Source: Amoebophrya sp. A120 (Eukaryota; Protista; Dinoflagellata). From it: a DNA stretch of 64,000 bases. Location: NCBI GenBank assembly GCA_905178155.1, contig CAJINV010000013.1, positions 2,600,158-2,664,157 of the forward strand, written 5' to 3'. The notes under the pieces were generated by a model. The model made no database searches, was not told where the DNA came from, and saw only the letters and a list, made by a program, of their open reading frames with translations. Made by a program: the position numbers and the translations under genes. The first letter of the stretch is position 1. Each line of letters starts with the position of its first letter. This document shows, piece after piece, positions 25,701-38,319 of the stretch.

Positions 25701-26739
25701 CAGAACACGTAGATCCATTTCGTCGAATTCATCAGCACAATGGACGAAAAGAAACTTCCGAGGATCACAAACGACTTGTCCAGATGGCTTATGCATTGCA
25801 AATGTATCTATCATCGCACTAACGGAAATCATCGCATTTAACATTAATTATCAGGTTTTTCAGTCGTGCACGTTGTCATACAAGAACAGGCAAAGAAAGT
25901 TGAGATGTGTCTGTCACGTCGTATTTCTAAATGCAATTTTCAATGGCACCACGATAGTGCTTTGACTAAGTACTTCTGCACAGGATATTGGTCCACCAGG
26001 AGCAACAGTCGAGGACCTCGCAGAAAGTCTGGAACCAATTGTTCTTTCCAGACGTTGTTGTATTGGCTCCTCCAGCGAATGAGGAGTGACCTCTAGTACG
26101 CTCATCTTCTACCTCGTGCAGCTTGTTTTTCTTTATTTTGCTTCTCCGTAGTTCTTCAACCCCACAGATAGAATCTGTGATCATTCCACAGCTGCGGCTC
26201 ATTCTGCTGTGTCCGCAGGACCGAGGGGGGCGCTTGAATCCGTTTTCATCTTCGTCGTGGAATGCTAAAAACATGTCATCGGATGGGACAAAGGGATCGT
26301 GAGGTTTAGTCATTGTCATTGAAGAGGAGGAGGAAGTAGAAGAGAGAGCAGAAGATGCAGAGGCTCCACCTCCGCTCGATGACGCTCCACCTGCTCTTGT
26401 CGTTGATGATGCAGATCCACCTGAAGATGCAGCTTCTCCTGAGTTGCAATAGGTTTTGTCACCTTGAGCAGGAGTACTCGACGAGTTCGGTTCACGCTGT
26501 AGTTGTACGCCCTGTGAAGGAGCACTAGATCCCGTTTCAGTCTCGTTCGTCCCCTTGTTGGTTGCGCGGTGCCGCCCTCGTCCATGCTGTCGTGTCGGCT
26601 CCAAGAATTCCTCCTCGTCCTCCTCCGCTACCGCACAAGATTTTCCTCCGCCTGACGCAAACCTTGGCGAGCTGCGCGGCTTGACGGCGTTGCGAACCGC
26701 CAAGCGCACGGCGCGGACCAGAACGGAGCCGGTCGGCAT
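22786..26739 (-). CDS. Triose-phosphate/nucleotide-sugar transporter family (TPT/SLC35E-like), multi-exon; inclusion of ORF 25966-26781 as first exon is inferred
   Basis: NSTKWIYVFCEFRYPFFVTALH, ICCANVAL..FHTMLQNTTPFW, GEVNFHLFG|ILLSIGCAVFRA and FFNLFAFLLVSRLGPLTSVVVGNFQN. Multiple TM segments. Exon 25493-25801 lacks an ATG start. Confidence 0.75.
22978..23283. mobile_element. Introner, family-B-like (306 bp)
   Basis: Ends tattccagtgaaaagtgccccccaccccc and gggggtgggagcatttttcattgtgata. DR ccttc. Excision restores EDAEG|SRTSE. Confidence 0.9.
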
Positions 26740-27843
26740 TATTCTCTTAATACAGGACGATTGGTCGTTGCCGTTGAGCAAGTTGTATCGGTATGCTTTT
26801 CAAATTCAATAAACAAGGCCAGGTAGAACTTTTGAAATCTTGCTACATCATCGTGAAACGAATTCGTTCCATTTATCATAACCTCAGCCTCTCTGCATGT
26901 TTGAATTTCCCTTGCGTCCTGTCAGATCCTCCACTCACTCAGCATGATGTTGATCTCTCCCACAGACTTTACGCTCCTGTTTAATACGGGACAACTTGTT
27001 GCTTCTCAAACTCCACTGCATCATGATACCGTCTGCGTCTGGCCTCTCCCAAGGAGGCCGTGGCCCTGTGCACCGGTACGTTTCTTGCAACATGCGCAAG
27101 ACCTACAGCTCTCCCAAAGCTTCAACACTTTCTCCTCCTATTGCTATTGTGTGGCAATAGGAGTGTTGAGACCGGCTTCATAGCAGCCTGCTCTTCGCTT
27201 CCTTCCTTTCTTTGACATCGATTTTTGTTGTAAATGCTTGGTAGAAAAGCGACGAAACTTGTGCCAACGTGGTTCGTAACAATCCTTTGCATAACAAAAG
27301 TCGTGAAACCGCGTGAAAGGGTTGTAAAGACATGAGATCGCTGATCGACACCATGAAAACTTGAACTAACATACAAAACAGAAATTTTGAAATGATGACA
27401 TACGTTGAAAAAATGTGGATACGAATTCAATTTATGAGAAGTGTACATTCCAAGAAAATTTGTATATTTTTCAGAAGATACTCCTGCTGGTGGGGCACAA
27501 TGGTGAATGCGCCACCGCTTTTGCTCTTGCGTATAGAAGTGTTATCGTTAAATAATATGTTACTCACTGCATGAGTGAAATAAAAGTAAAAATGCAAACT
27601 ATATACACCTGCTGGCGTGCTGGTAGAAAGGTCTCGGCCTTCTCGTTCAACATCGGTCATTTAGACCACCTGGTTCTTAGTACAATTTTTGCGAAAGAAG
27701 AAAAGCTACCAGCACCCCACCGCTCGACAAGCACCCCAATAAAATGAAAACATTTCTTTCGGAGTCGTCCTTGGCCGCCGAAGCCGAACGAAGTCGACGA
27801 CAGACCATAACCGAAAACGTCTAGAACTTCCTTACTTTTATTC

Positions 27844-29730
27844 TTAATCTCCTTCGTCAACGTCCATATTGTCGTCGTCTGAGTCCGATTCCTCGTCATC
27901 ACTGTTTTTTGGCGTCCGCTTCCTCCAGAGTTTCGCTGCTTTCTTAATCGCGACCCGTCTTTGCGCGATGCCCGCCTCAGTCAAATGGTACTTCTTCCGC
28001 TCTTTCGGCTTCCGCGAGGCCGCGACGCCGTCCGGCTGGTTCTTAATCTTGTACGTCAGCCCCTTGGGCCGTTGCTTCCGTGGCTTCGGCGCTGCACTGC
28101 CGTCCGGAGCTCCTAAGCCGGCCTTCTTCGGGTCGTTTTTCTTCACCGCGACCAGAGTGGTGACCCCACCCGGATTGCCGGCAACCGCTGCGCGGAAGGA
28201 AGAAAAAGCATGATTTGAGGATGACGCGATCACATTCAAGTCGTCTTCCTTGTTCTTCTTGTTGTATTTCAGCCCGAAAGGCCGCTTCCGTTTCCGCGTG
28301 TCTGTTTCCTTCTCCGGGTAAAACACCGGCTGGCTGGTGGTCTTGCACGCGCGCAGACTGAACGCAACGGTAGCTTTCGGCTTTTTTGCAGCGCCTGCTA
28401 TTTGCCCTTCTGCTTCTTCTTCTTCATCGCTCAACATATTACCGTAGCTGCCGTTCGTCGCACCGCTAAACGGACCTCCGCCTGTGGTTTTATTATTCAA
28501 CCGTTTCTCCGCGTACTCGTTCATTCGTTGCAAAGTAAGCGCGCTCATGTTGCCCATATTGTTGGTCGGAGGAGGCGGTGGTGGTGGGGCGAAACCGAAG
28601 CCGAAGCCGGAAGCGGAACCGAAGCCTGCGCCGTAAATCGAAGATGAAGAAGCGCCATACATCAATCCCGAGTTGTTGCTGTACGAGAAGGGATTGTAAT
28701 TTGTTGCAGCACCCGCGTTGAACGTAGGGTGAAACTGGTGAAAATTTCCGTGCGGGGGTCCGCTAGTTGGACCAAATAATCCTTGCTGCACCAGCGCGCT
28801 GCCGTTTTCAACATTCTCCTCGTCCGTATTGGTGACTTCAGAGATCTCGTAGTACTCCTCGACCAGTCGGACACCTGAAGAAGTATGATCTTGCTCTTGT
28901 ACTTCTGACATTGTGGACTTCTCGTCCTCGTTCTTTGAGGTCGAGCTCAGTCTCGCTCCTTCCGCATCATCATCGTCTTCTAGTACAAGAACCTGCTCGC
29001 CATGTAAAACATCTATCTCGCTTTCCGACAAGTTGTCAAAGTCATCTGCGCTCGCGTAGAACATCGGCACGTAGGACGTGCCCGGAATGGCGTCGATGAT
29101 TTTCACGTGTTTATCGTTCTCATCAGATTTGGTTTTCTTCCTCATTTTTTCGCCAGTGGCAGTTGTGCCGGTTGTTCCGCTTGCGCTGCTCGAAGACGAG
29201 GACATACGCGCAGAGGAGGATGACGAGGACGCAGACGCACTGCCACTGCTGCTCCCCTCGTCCGTGCTGCTCGATGTTGAAGCAGAGAGAAGCTGCAGCT
29301 GGCTTGAAGATGTTGTTGTCTTCTGATCTTTCATCGTGGTTGCTTTATTTTTCGCTTTACTTGTTTTCGGAAAGACGATCCCCTTGTACATGTAGCGCAC
29401 ACCATATGTGGTCTTCTTCTGCTGTAGTTCTTCTATCTTGAGAGCGCCCGTCAAAAGCTGTTCCTTTTGCTCATTCGTTGTTCCTTCATCGTTCTGCTCT
29501 CCGGTCGCGTTACCTCCGGGGGTATCCTCAACAGAAGGCGGCGTTAGCAGCTTAGCACTGCTAGTAGTAGTCGTGGCATAACTCCCGGGCTGCACGGTAA
29601 CTTTGTCTGCTGTTGATCCTCGTTCGCTCGTAGCTCCCTCCGGATCGAATGTGAGCACTCGACGTGGTCGCTTCGGTTGCCGTTGCAAGGCATAGATCGA
29701 CGACATTTTTGTGTAGTGGTGGCGACTCAC
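27844..29730 (-). CDS. Hypothetical low-complexity protein (Ser/acidic middle, Lys/Arg-rich C-terminus; possibly nuclear)
   Basis: 628-codon open frame on the same strand as all neighbours. True start may be the internal ATG (MSSIYAL). Confidence 0.65.
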   Translation of the reverse strand: MSRHHYTKMSSIYALQRQPKRPRRVLTFDPEGATSERGSTADKVTVQPGSYATTTTSSAKLLTPPSVEDTPGGNATGEQNDEGTTNEQKEQLLTGALKIEELQQKKTTYGVRYMYKGIVFPKTSKAKNKATTMKDQKTTTSSSQLQLLSASTSSSTDEGSSSGSASASSSSSSARMSSSSSSASGTTGTTATGEKMRKKTKSDENDKHVKIIDAIPGTSYVPMFYASADDFDNLSESEIDVLHGEQVLVLEDDDDAEGARLSSTSKNEDEKSTMSEVQEQDHTSSGVRLVEEYYEISEVTNTDEENVENGSALVQQGLFGPTSGPPHGNFHQFHPTFNAGAATNYNPFSYSNNSGLMYGASSSSIYGAGFGSASGFGFGFAPPPPPPPTNNMGNMSALTLQRMNEYAEKRLNNKTTGGGPFSGATNGSYGNMLSDEEEEAEGQIAGAAKKPKATVAFSLRACKTTSQPVFYPEKETDTRKRKRPFGLKYNKKNKEDDLNVIASSSNHAFSSFRAAVAGNPGGVTTLVAVKKNDPKKAGLGAPDGSAAPKPRKQRPKGLTYKIKNQPDGVAASRKPKERKKYHLTEAGIAQRRVAIKKAAKLWRKRTPKNSDDEESDSDDDNMDVDEGD

Positions 29731-30692
29731 TTTCTTTGTATTTAAGGAGGTGGAAGGTCCTTTTCTCTATCTTGGATTCGTAAGTAACTATGGATCCGGT
29801 TTTTGTTTTCCTAGGTGGTCTGATTATACACAAAACCGCTATTGTCTGACTCAAGAAGGCGAGCACAGCAGGCAGCAATCCAGAGAGATGAAAAAAGCAC
29901 GACGAATCAGAAGTACCTAATTTTCTACGATGTAGGAAGTACAACATAATTCCAACGACTTTTCCAAAGAGCCTGTACCAGCTATGTACAAAAACTTATC
30001 CGTACGACCAACACAATAGAAACGACGTACGGGACTTGGAGGTCAAAAACCGAAAAGAGTTGCACCGACGGGGAAAAAAAAACGAGTCGCGCAGCTTCTT
30101 CTACAACTACTCGGACCGATTCCATCTGCGTCTGCTTCTTTCTCCCAGGACGAGCGATTGAGATCAAACGAAAAAGTAAAGGCGCATGGCTGCATTGCTA
30201 TTCTTTTTCTTGCTACTTAAGTACTTGCTATAGACGATTCATCAAATTAGCGAGTGATTTGCGTCTAAGACGAAGCAGTAAGTGACGACGCAGCACGTCC
30301 CAAACATTTTTTTTCCTAGAGAGACGAGAAAAACGATTACGACCCAGCTCAACTACTTGTTCGACCACGACAGACTATGAGCGATGGAATTGAAGTCACG
30401 TTCCAGTACTGTGCTTCTTGAACAAAGTAGACACAAGATTTCTACATCCTGGGTTTTCGTTCTTATTCTTTCCACAATTTTCATTTGCTAATACCCAGAC
30501 TAGAAATCGAGACATTTCCATTTGAAACTTTTATCGTACACGAAGATCCTCGTCGGCTGTAGTTCGGAACAGCTGCGATGTTGTGCATTCGGTTTTAAGG
30601 TCAGAAGAAGCTCAATCAAGAGATCAAAAAGAGAAACAAGGTATAGGGTTTGGATAATTTCTTGGTGTTCGTTTGTACAAGACAGGGCTCTC

Positions 30693-33600
30693 CTACCAGG
30701 GTCCCCCTCCGGGCGGTGCGTTTGGATCCACGCCGCCACCCATATCCCCTTCGTAGTCGATGTACTGCTGATTTTCCGGCCCACCAGCGGTCGCGCCGTA
30801 GGCCAGCGGACTGGTGTCTTCGTACTGGGCCGCCCACGCCGCATCGTCCACGTAGTCCATCACGTCGTGCTCCGCGTTGTCGCCCCGCGGGTCTGCCATC
30901 ATGGTCTCGTAATACGCATACGTGCAAAAGATGCCCACGCCCAAGCCACCGGCGGTGAGCGCCATCACGAGCAAAGTTGTCGCCGTCATCCACGACGGGA
31001 GCTCCCTATCGCGAGAAAAAAGCGCAGCTACAGTTACACATGGTGTTGCGGGGCAAGCAAGATGAAAGATAACCTCCGTCATGCCGAACAAAGTGCTCGC
31101 GAGCTACATCGTTTCACGTTAGTGTGCGTTTTTCCGTTACTAGCGCCCATCACAAGTTTTCCACTTGCACTTTGTGATGCAGAAATACAAATCTGTGCCG
31201 CTCAAGTTGCACTTGCATCACTACTACATGTCTGACTGTGGCACTTTTCTCCTTGGATACTCTCCGACGTACTCACAGTACCCCGCCGCTTCGTTACTCC
31301 GCACTATTTGGTAATCTGATTTGTTTAATAAGTAGTATTTTGTTTCTATGGCAAAATATTGCATGGAAACTAAAAGAGGAAGTTGCCACGTGAGTAAATT
31401 GATATCAGTACCTTTTTTCAGATGGCAGGTTTCGCAGTCTGGTTTTGCAGCGTTATCAGAAATACAGTCGAAAATTCCGTAGCCCTCTTCGCAGTCACAG
31501 AATATCGTCTGCTCGTCATACGCACCGCGGAGCTCCATTCGCGGGAGCTCGTAGTCGTTGTCCGGGTCCAACCGCTCCTCGGGATGAGTGATGGTTTGCG
31601 CCGGAAACTCGCCTTCGCACCAGAGATGCCGGATGTCCGGATCATTCCACATTTTCACGGTAGAGGACGCTTCCATCATGTAGTCGAGGCAAAACCGGAT
31701 GTCCTTCAGCATGATGTGCTGCATGCAGGCAATTCCCGGGGTCATGGCCCGAAATTCGAAGTAGCAGGGCTCCGTCTGGCACCGGCGGAAGGCCTCGACG
31801 CTGGAAGTCCACACCAAGTCCTGTTGCCAGTACTTCTCTTTGGTAATCCGCTCGTCCGGGGCGACACCCCCGCAAGTTTTCTGAAGGGACGACTTTTCGC
31901 CGTACTTCGCAACATAATCCCGGTACATGGAATCATCCGGATTCTCCTCCTCGCGGTGCTCCGGGAGCACTTCGGTGTAATTGAACGTGAGCATATCGTC
32001 CAAATCGCCAGTGCTGGTCAGGCTCTCCAGGACCGTGTCGTCGGAATACAGTTTCAAAAATAAACCGCCACCGTTTATAACCCGCTCAGGTGTTACAATC
32101 TCAAACGTTGCAATAGAATTTGGAATTTGTGTTGCAAAATCCGCAACATCTGGCCTACTCCCAAAGGAGCGCGCATGACAAGTTTCGGAGCCCCAAACCA
32201 CATGAGATTCTGACGAAATTTGTATTGCGAAAAGCCCAAGTCTCTGTATGGTACTCATGCTGTTCATGCAAGACAAATTCCAGATTCTGTTGTAACGTTT
32301 GAGATTGTAACATCTGAGCAAGCCATACCGTTCTCGAACGATTTCTTTGCTCGCGCTTCGTCTCGGTTTGTTACTTTAGGCTCGTGATCGACGCGCATGT
32401 GCACTTTGTACTTGGAAAAGTGGAAGGTGCCGTTTCGGCCCTCATCCCCCAACCAGTCCGGAATTGTGTGCTGGATTGGGAACTTGAAGGGCGCGGACCT
32501 GGCCCATTGGCCCTCGTCGGGAAAGTCCCACTCTTCGCCTTCGCGAAAGACGTTCCCCGGCAGAGCCGCATTCAGCCCGGAGTTGTTGACCCCGTCAAAG
32601 TCGAACTGCTCCTGGTCGATCATTTCCCGGAACAGGCTCGGATGCAACGCTCCGAAGAGTCCGGTTTCCGTGTTTTTCACGCGCCCGATGAGTCCGCTGC
32701 AGCCCCAGTTCCGTAAGCAGTGGTACCAGAGCGGAATCTGCCCTGGTTGAAACCCGAGGACGATTCCCGTCCCCATGTTCGTCGCGTTCCCTTCCCCGGC
32801 TGTCAGGTCCAGGTCGAGGAGGTCCTGTGCGAAAGTGCTTATTTTTGCATTTGCAGCCTGCTCGTCGCTTATTTCATATGCGTGTCTGTTCGAAGTCGAG
32901 GTGAACGACGCTTTATTTTGTGTTTTCCTCTTGTTCGTCTGTTGTACTACTTGGCTCCTTTCGGTCTGGAGGAGGCTTGTTTGGTTCAGCTTCAGAAGAG
33001 GTCGACCTGCTGCACCGCGGTCGTAGATCCGTGCTTTCTGGTTCCAGCTTGTTGTAGTAGTTCCTCCTGAGGCAACATCCAGGGCTGCAGTACGAGAACC
33101 TCGCGCGCCCTTTCTTATTTCATTCCAGTTCGCTCTTGTTGATGTCCTCGACGGCGCAGGCCTACTACTATACTCGATTTTTCTCCCTGTTTCCCGTTTC
33201 CGTACGGTCTCCAACACGTTCTGCTGAAACCAGATTTGCTCGGGACTCTTTGCTTCATTTTTCACTACACGGGCCGCGGTTTTTAGTACAGCTCTGTCGC
33301 GCTGGTGTTGCTCCTCCTGTCGTTCTTGGAACTCTGTATTACTAGTGCCCGTGTCCTGTCCGCCGTCCGACGTGGTTGTTGTTTCTTCTAGCTGCGACCC
33401 TGGCGCGGTCAGCACAGCATGATGGCGTTCGTATTCCTCTCTGTTCGAAGATGTAGATGTTGCGCTATTTTCATGAACCCTCGATCCTGCAATCGCGAGC
33501 TCATCTGTTGCGGTCGTGGTATCCACTGAAGCAGCTGCAGCGGTAGAAGAGATTTCCAGCGTCTGGGCTGTCGTGTGTTGCAGATTCATGTGTTCCAGGT

Positions 33601-33847
33601 TCGCTATTTGCACTCGTGCACCACCATCCAGCAGGACATGATCGTGTCGTGATTCTACTACAGCGCTTGTTAGCCCTGCGAGGAAGACCAACTTGGACTG
33701 CAAAATCACTGCAGACGGTCGGTTTCTTGTTCCGCCTGCGATGACAATGCCACTGAGGAGACAACAACCCGGATGTTGAAACCAAGATGGTGTTGCTCTC
33801 CGCGGCCGTGGCGACCTGCCACGCTGGTTCTTGTTCTGGCGCAGCAT
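30693..33847 (-). CDS. Hypothetical type-I membrane-like protein with Cys-containing ectodomain; three exons separated by two introners
   Basis: ORFs 32264-33859, 31224-32321 and 30693-31091 join in frame (SFENG|GGLFLK, EYVGE|LPSWMT) after removing elements. C-terminal TM TTLLVMALTAGGLGVGIFCTYAYY. Confidence 0.75.
31007..31259. mobile_element. Introner, family-D-like, diverged (253 bp)
   Basis: Ends tatcgcgagaaaaaagcg..acagttacacatg and catgtctgactgtggcacttttctccttggata. Imperfect DR ctccc/ctctc. Confidence 0.82.
32076..32327. mobile_element. Introner, family E (252 bp)
   Basis: About 55-bp imperfect TIR gctcag.tgttacaatctcaaacgtt.caa.agaat.tggaatttgt. TA termini. DR ccgtt. Confidence 0.92.
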
Positions 33848-34989
33848 GATTTTCCCCAATGGAACTTTCTTGAAAACTTGATCTTGAACGCAGAATAGTG
33901 GTGAAGTTCTTCGAATTTTTAATTTGGAGCTGTATTATTCGTCTACAACTTGTTGGGACATTCATTACTAGTATCGGCTGGTCGCTGTAATGTTAATTTC
34001 CCCTTGCTACAACAGGTACAGGGGACTCAACGACCACACGGTCGACGGACAGACAGTGTCCTGTTGTTCGCTCACAACTCGTCGATAGAGTACAAAAGCT
34101 GTAGTGCGGGTGTTTCAAACGACACAACATGTAAGACCTTTTGAAGATGCTGAAAGAAGACGAGTAGCCGAGGACCGCTCCGTTGTGCTGTCACTCAAGG
34201 TCTCACAACTCTTGATGTCCGGTTTCCGATAGAAACGAAAACTGTTCTTGCGACGACGAGAAGATAAAAAGCGCAAAAACGAAGCGGAAAAGTCCGCACC
34301 TAGCTTTTGTTTTCCTTTCCTCGATCCATGAAGTCAACGTCAACTTCTCAAGCCTGCAACTGATGCGACAGGCACAGGTCGCGCAACAAAACCTGCATGA
34401 AAACAAAACCTTTTCTTTCACAAAATTTCCGCACCACAGCTAAGATACCGTGTGGCCGTGATTTTTTATTTCAAAAGTTGCTTTAGAATTTCTGTGCTTG
34501 TTGCTTGCCATAAACTTCGGACTAGCGGTCGGGAGTTCATCGCCAGATCACTATGGTCGCGGGGGTTCATCAAAGTCGCTCGTTTCAGGGATAGTTTCAC
34601 CTCAAGACAATAAAATGCTGAGAGTCAGTATCATCGGTGATGACGAGTACAGGTTCTTTTTTGAGTCGTGTTGGTATATTCGGGGCCGCCTGAGAAAGCT
34701 CGATTAAAAACGTACAGAGTAAACCACGCCAACCACTGGTAATTTCGCGACGGCAAAGCGTCTGTCTTCATTGGAGATACCGGATCATCTTTCAGAAATT
34801 TGTCCCGTCAGACAATAAAGCTACACTCCCTCTACATTTCCAAAAGAAAGAAGATAAAGAAGGCGCACGCGCACTACATTAAAGTCGTCGAAAATACAAA
34901 ACCAGTAAACCTCTAACTCTTGTTCGGAAACCGTTATAATACGAATCCCGCGTTGTACCTATCCCACGACCAGCGGCGAGCTTCTACAT

Positions 34990-35951
34990 TTAGGAAAGCA
35001 AACTCTGTACCGCCTCTTCTAATTTCATCCCGTTGTTCGCTAGGGCCGTTTTTGCCTGCTCTTCGGAAAATCCCATCTCCTATCCTGTGCAAAAGTATCG
35101 CACTAGCTCGTACTCAAACTAATTGCTATTGCAGACATGCACGATATTATACAGGCCTAGCGCCTATCATTGCATTTTTGGGCCTGAGGAACTTTTTTAC
35201 ATACGTAGTCGTACGATACTTTTGCTCACTCCGTATCTCCATGATCTGGTCGATTTTTGGTTGGTGCGGATTTGCGTAGCTGGATTCCTTCGCGTTCGCG
35301 TTCTCCTGCGCATACGTTTCGCACCAGTATTTTGCCGTTTCGTTGAACTGTGTCCGGTTGCTCTTGTACATTTTCGCCACCTCGGCGTCCTGGGGGTCGT
35401 CCGGTTCTGCGGCGGACAAGAGTGCCTGGATGGACAGCAACGCGGTCCGTATTGACAAAGCCGGACTCCACTCTTTGCCCAAAACGTCCAGGCAGATTGC
35501 ACCGGTTTGGGAGCTGGAATATGAAAGTATTTTTAGTTTTGTATCTTCTGGTGTTGAACTTCTTGTCGTGTGCGACAATCTTCACTAGTATCAAGAACAA
35601 GAAAATGAAAAACACCCACTTATTTGCAATTTCATTTTGAACCACATCGTGCCGGAATATGAACAAAAACGGCTTTATTTTTCCGTACCTGATATTCGGG
35701 TGCCATATTTTGGTGACGAACTTCATTTTTGGTGGATTGTAGGGGTAGTCGTCGGGAATCTCGATCTGGATTTTGTATACCCCGCCGAAGTAGGGCGTGT
35801 CCTCCGGTCCCTGAATCACCCCTTCCCAAATTTGGATGTTCTCACCAATCGCGTCCGCGACCACGCCTCCGCCCGCCTTGTTTTTTTCCCGCATATCCGC
35901 CAGCTCCTTCTCGAGCCGCTTCCGCTCGCGGCGCCCACCGGCGGGTTGCAT
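34990..35951 (-). CDS. UBE2K: Ubiquitin-conjugating enzyme E2-K (UBC1/E2-25K) with C-terminal UBA domain; one GT-AG intron (35514-35688) and one introner
   Basis: GPEDTPYFGG, PDDYPYNPPK, IWHPNI|SSQTGAICLDVLGKEWSPAL, EPDDPQDA. The UBA motif IME|MGFSEEQAKTALANNGMKLEEAVQSLLS is restored after introner removal. Confidence 0.93.
35081..35235. mobile_element. Introner, family C (155 bp) in the UBA domain
   Basis: tatcctgtgcaaaagtatcg ... cgatacttttgctcactccgta. DR tctcc. Confidence 0.9.
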
Positions 35952-36546
35952 GATGCTGCTACTACTTCCGTAGTTACAACTAGTACTCTTTCTTGTCGTG
36001 GTACTAGCTCCTGCTCTACTTCGATTGGTAGTAGAGCTAGAATTATTGTCCTGATCGTTTTCTTTCCGAACGGGTAAGTGCTTTTTCATTTCAGGGTAAG
36101 TGTACTTGTTAGCGGAAGTAGAGTGCGTGTACTGTAGGTCGACTAGCACCAAAGGCAGTAAAAAGAAATGAAATTTCAATTTGCTTTTTTTCCACTTATT
36201 TTATTTCTAGTGCTTTTTCTTCCAAGTATTCGTCCTCTTTCTTTGTCTTTGTTGAGGTCATCACACGAAGTGACTCTTTTCTTTACGAAGGATTTGTACT
36301 ATGTGCGCGGTCAGGTTTGTAAACTGCTCAAAAGGTTGTACTTGTAGCGGGGAGGAGAGTTGCTGTGTTTGCACTATCAATAATTCTCTAACACTTTAAC
36401 TTTTGTTGAATATCAACATCAGCTATGTCGTTGAGCAGGCCGCGTATTCGATAACCAAACTCTGGTACGAAACTAAGGCCGTGCGCGTGAAGTCCAAATG
36501 GAAAGGTGAACTCCTGCTAGTGTGATCATGCTGCTAGTTAGTACCA

Positions 36547-37270
36547 ATAATAGCCGCCTCAGCGGGGGTAGTGAGGTCATCGCGGTTTTTTTGTCCTCAC
36601 GCCGAAAAAAGACGCGAATTCTCTGCCCATTATGCCGTCGCGAGTAATGTTATGCACGACGGCACGGCGGTCGCTAGAAATCTCGATCCAGAGCTGGCCT
36701 CCATTTGGTTTCGAATCGGAAAACCTTCCCTGCATGCTATGGCCACGCCAGGGCCGGCCCCTTGGGAGCCCCAAATCGGGCCCATAGCATGCGGGTTGGC
36801 TTTTTGCTTTTGGCGGACTTTGTTTTTTTTTGTTTTTTTGTCAAAATGCCGCGTCTTCTGGCCTTCAGTCCGCCTCTGAAATGGCGGACTTTGGTGGCGT
36901 TTTTTGCGGGCCCCGAGTGTGGGTATAAATGAGGCCCATACCATGCGGATTCGCTGTTTTTTTGGGACTGCTGCTTTTTGGGCGCCCCTTTTTGGGCGGC
37001 CCAAACCGCCAGAAACTAAGGCGGTGGGCGCCTCAGAAGGGCGCCCCTTTTGGCGGCTCCCTTGCGTCGTTTTATCAAGCGGCAATCGATAGAATCCGCT
37101 CGCGCTTGTTTGACAGCAAGGCCCCGGCCGCTTGATAATTGAAAATTTTTTATGCCCAAAAACACTCTCGCCCGCTTGATAACTGCCGGCCATTTTGCGT
37201 GCTGCATGTCAAAAAAACCGCTAGGATAGAACGTTCGTGACCTCACTACATACAACTAGTCAAAACGACC
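36547..37270. mobile_element. Putative non-autonomous DNA element with 9-bp flanking direct repeat
   Basis: ttagtacca at 36538-36546 and 37271-37279. 12-bp inverted repeat gtagtgaggtca (36568) / tgacctcactac (ending 37249), each exactly 21 nt inside the direct repeats. Interior composition differs from the flanks. Confidence 0.55.
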
Positions 37271-38319
37271 TTAGTACCATATACAAGCGTGAAGCTGTTT
37301 TGTTGCGCCGGTCGTCTTGTCTTCACTGCTACTGCAGCTGCAAATCAAACGAACATCTGCACCTGGGACAGCACTACACCCACCAGACGCCATCGTGACT
37401 GGCCGGCGGTGGATTTTGTTCGATCACAAGTATTTTTACTCGTGATCCTATGATATTTTTCGGTTTTTTTTCTTCATCATTTTCGGTTGGGGTTCTCGTT
37501 CATCTTTGCGCGCGCGTAGTAAAAATGAAAGGTCAGTTGCTATGTCGGCAAACGACACTTTTCTGGTTGCTGCGACCGTGCATAGTACTGCATCTGAAAA
37601 AGCAACGAAGCGGAGGTAAACTAAACGTAAAAGGTCGTGGTCGAGGTAAATATTTCTTGGTAAAAATGCATACTTACGGATTATGGGCTGCTGGTTCTCG
37701 TTCTCCGCAGATCTGTCGAAGACAGAGTTCCAAGAAAGCATACTCCTGGCTAGGGCTTGTGCGAAGCCAGGGCAGCTGAGCGCCGCGTCCGCGAAAGATA
37801 TGAGTTGTTGCTTGCGGCACGGTTTATCTGAAAGGAACGGCGGGGTGCTCGGAAATATTGAGTACGTAGCGGCGAGAGGACTTGATTTTTTTGCGGCAGA
37901 ACTTACGTAGAAAATCGGTGTGTTCGGTCGTTCAAAGTTACAACCAATTTCGGCATCGGGAATTTATCCTTGTTCATTACTTTTTGCTGCGTGATTTCGT
38001 TGATTTTTAACATCTATGCGATAGCGATATATTGAATCTCAGTGTGTGAATTAACAGATCTGGTATGGTAATATTTATATTACCGTTACTACAAGTGTAT
38101 AAAGTTTCTCATGCGCAATAAATGGGGGCGTAGCTCCTCAACATAGTTGGTTCTGGTGTTGTCCAGCGGCGCGAGGTGGATAAGGCGGGGAGAGCTACAT
38201 GCTGTCCACATCAGCTTTATCAGGTGGGGATTTTCTTACATAGACATCGCGAGAAGTGCTGCGTCACATGATACTGCTCGGCTGCTCTCTGGGGTTCCCA
38301 GAGGACGTGTTGACAATTA

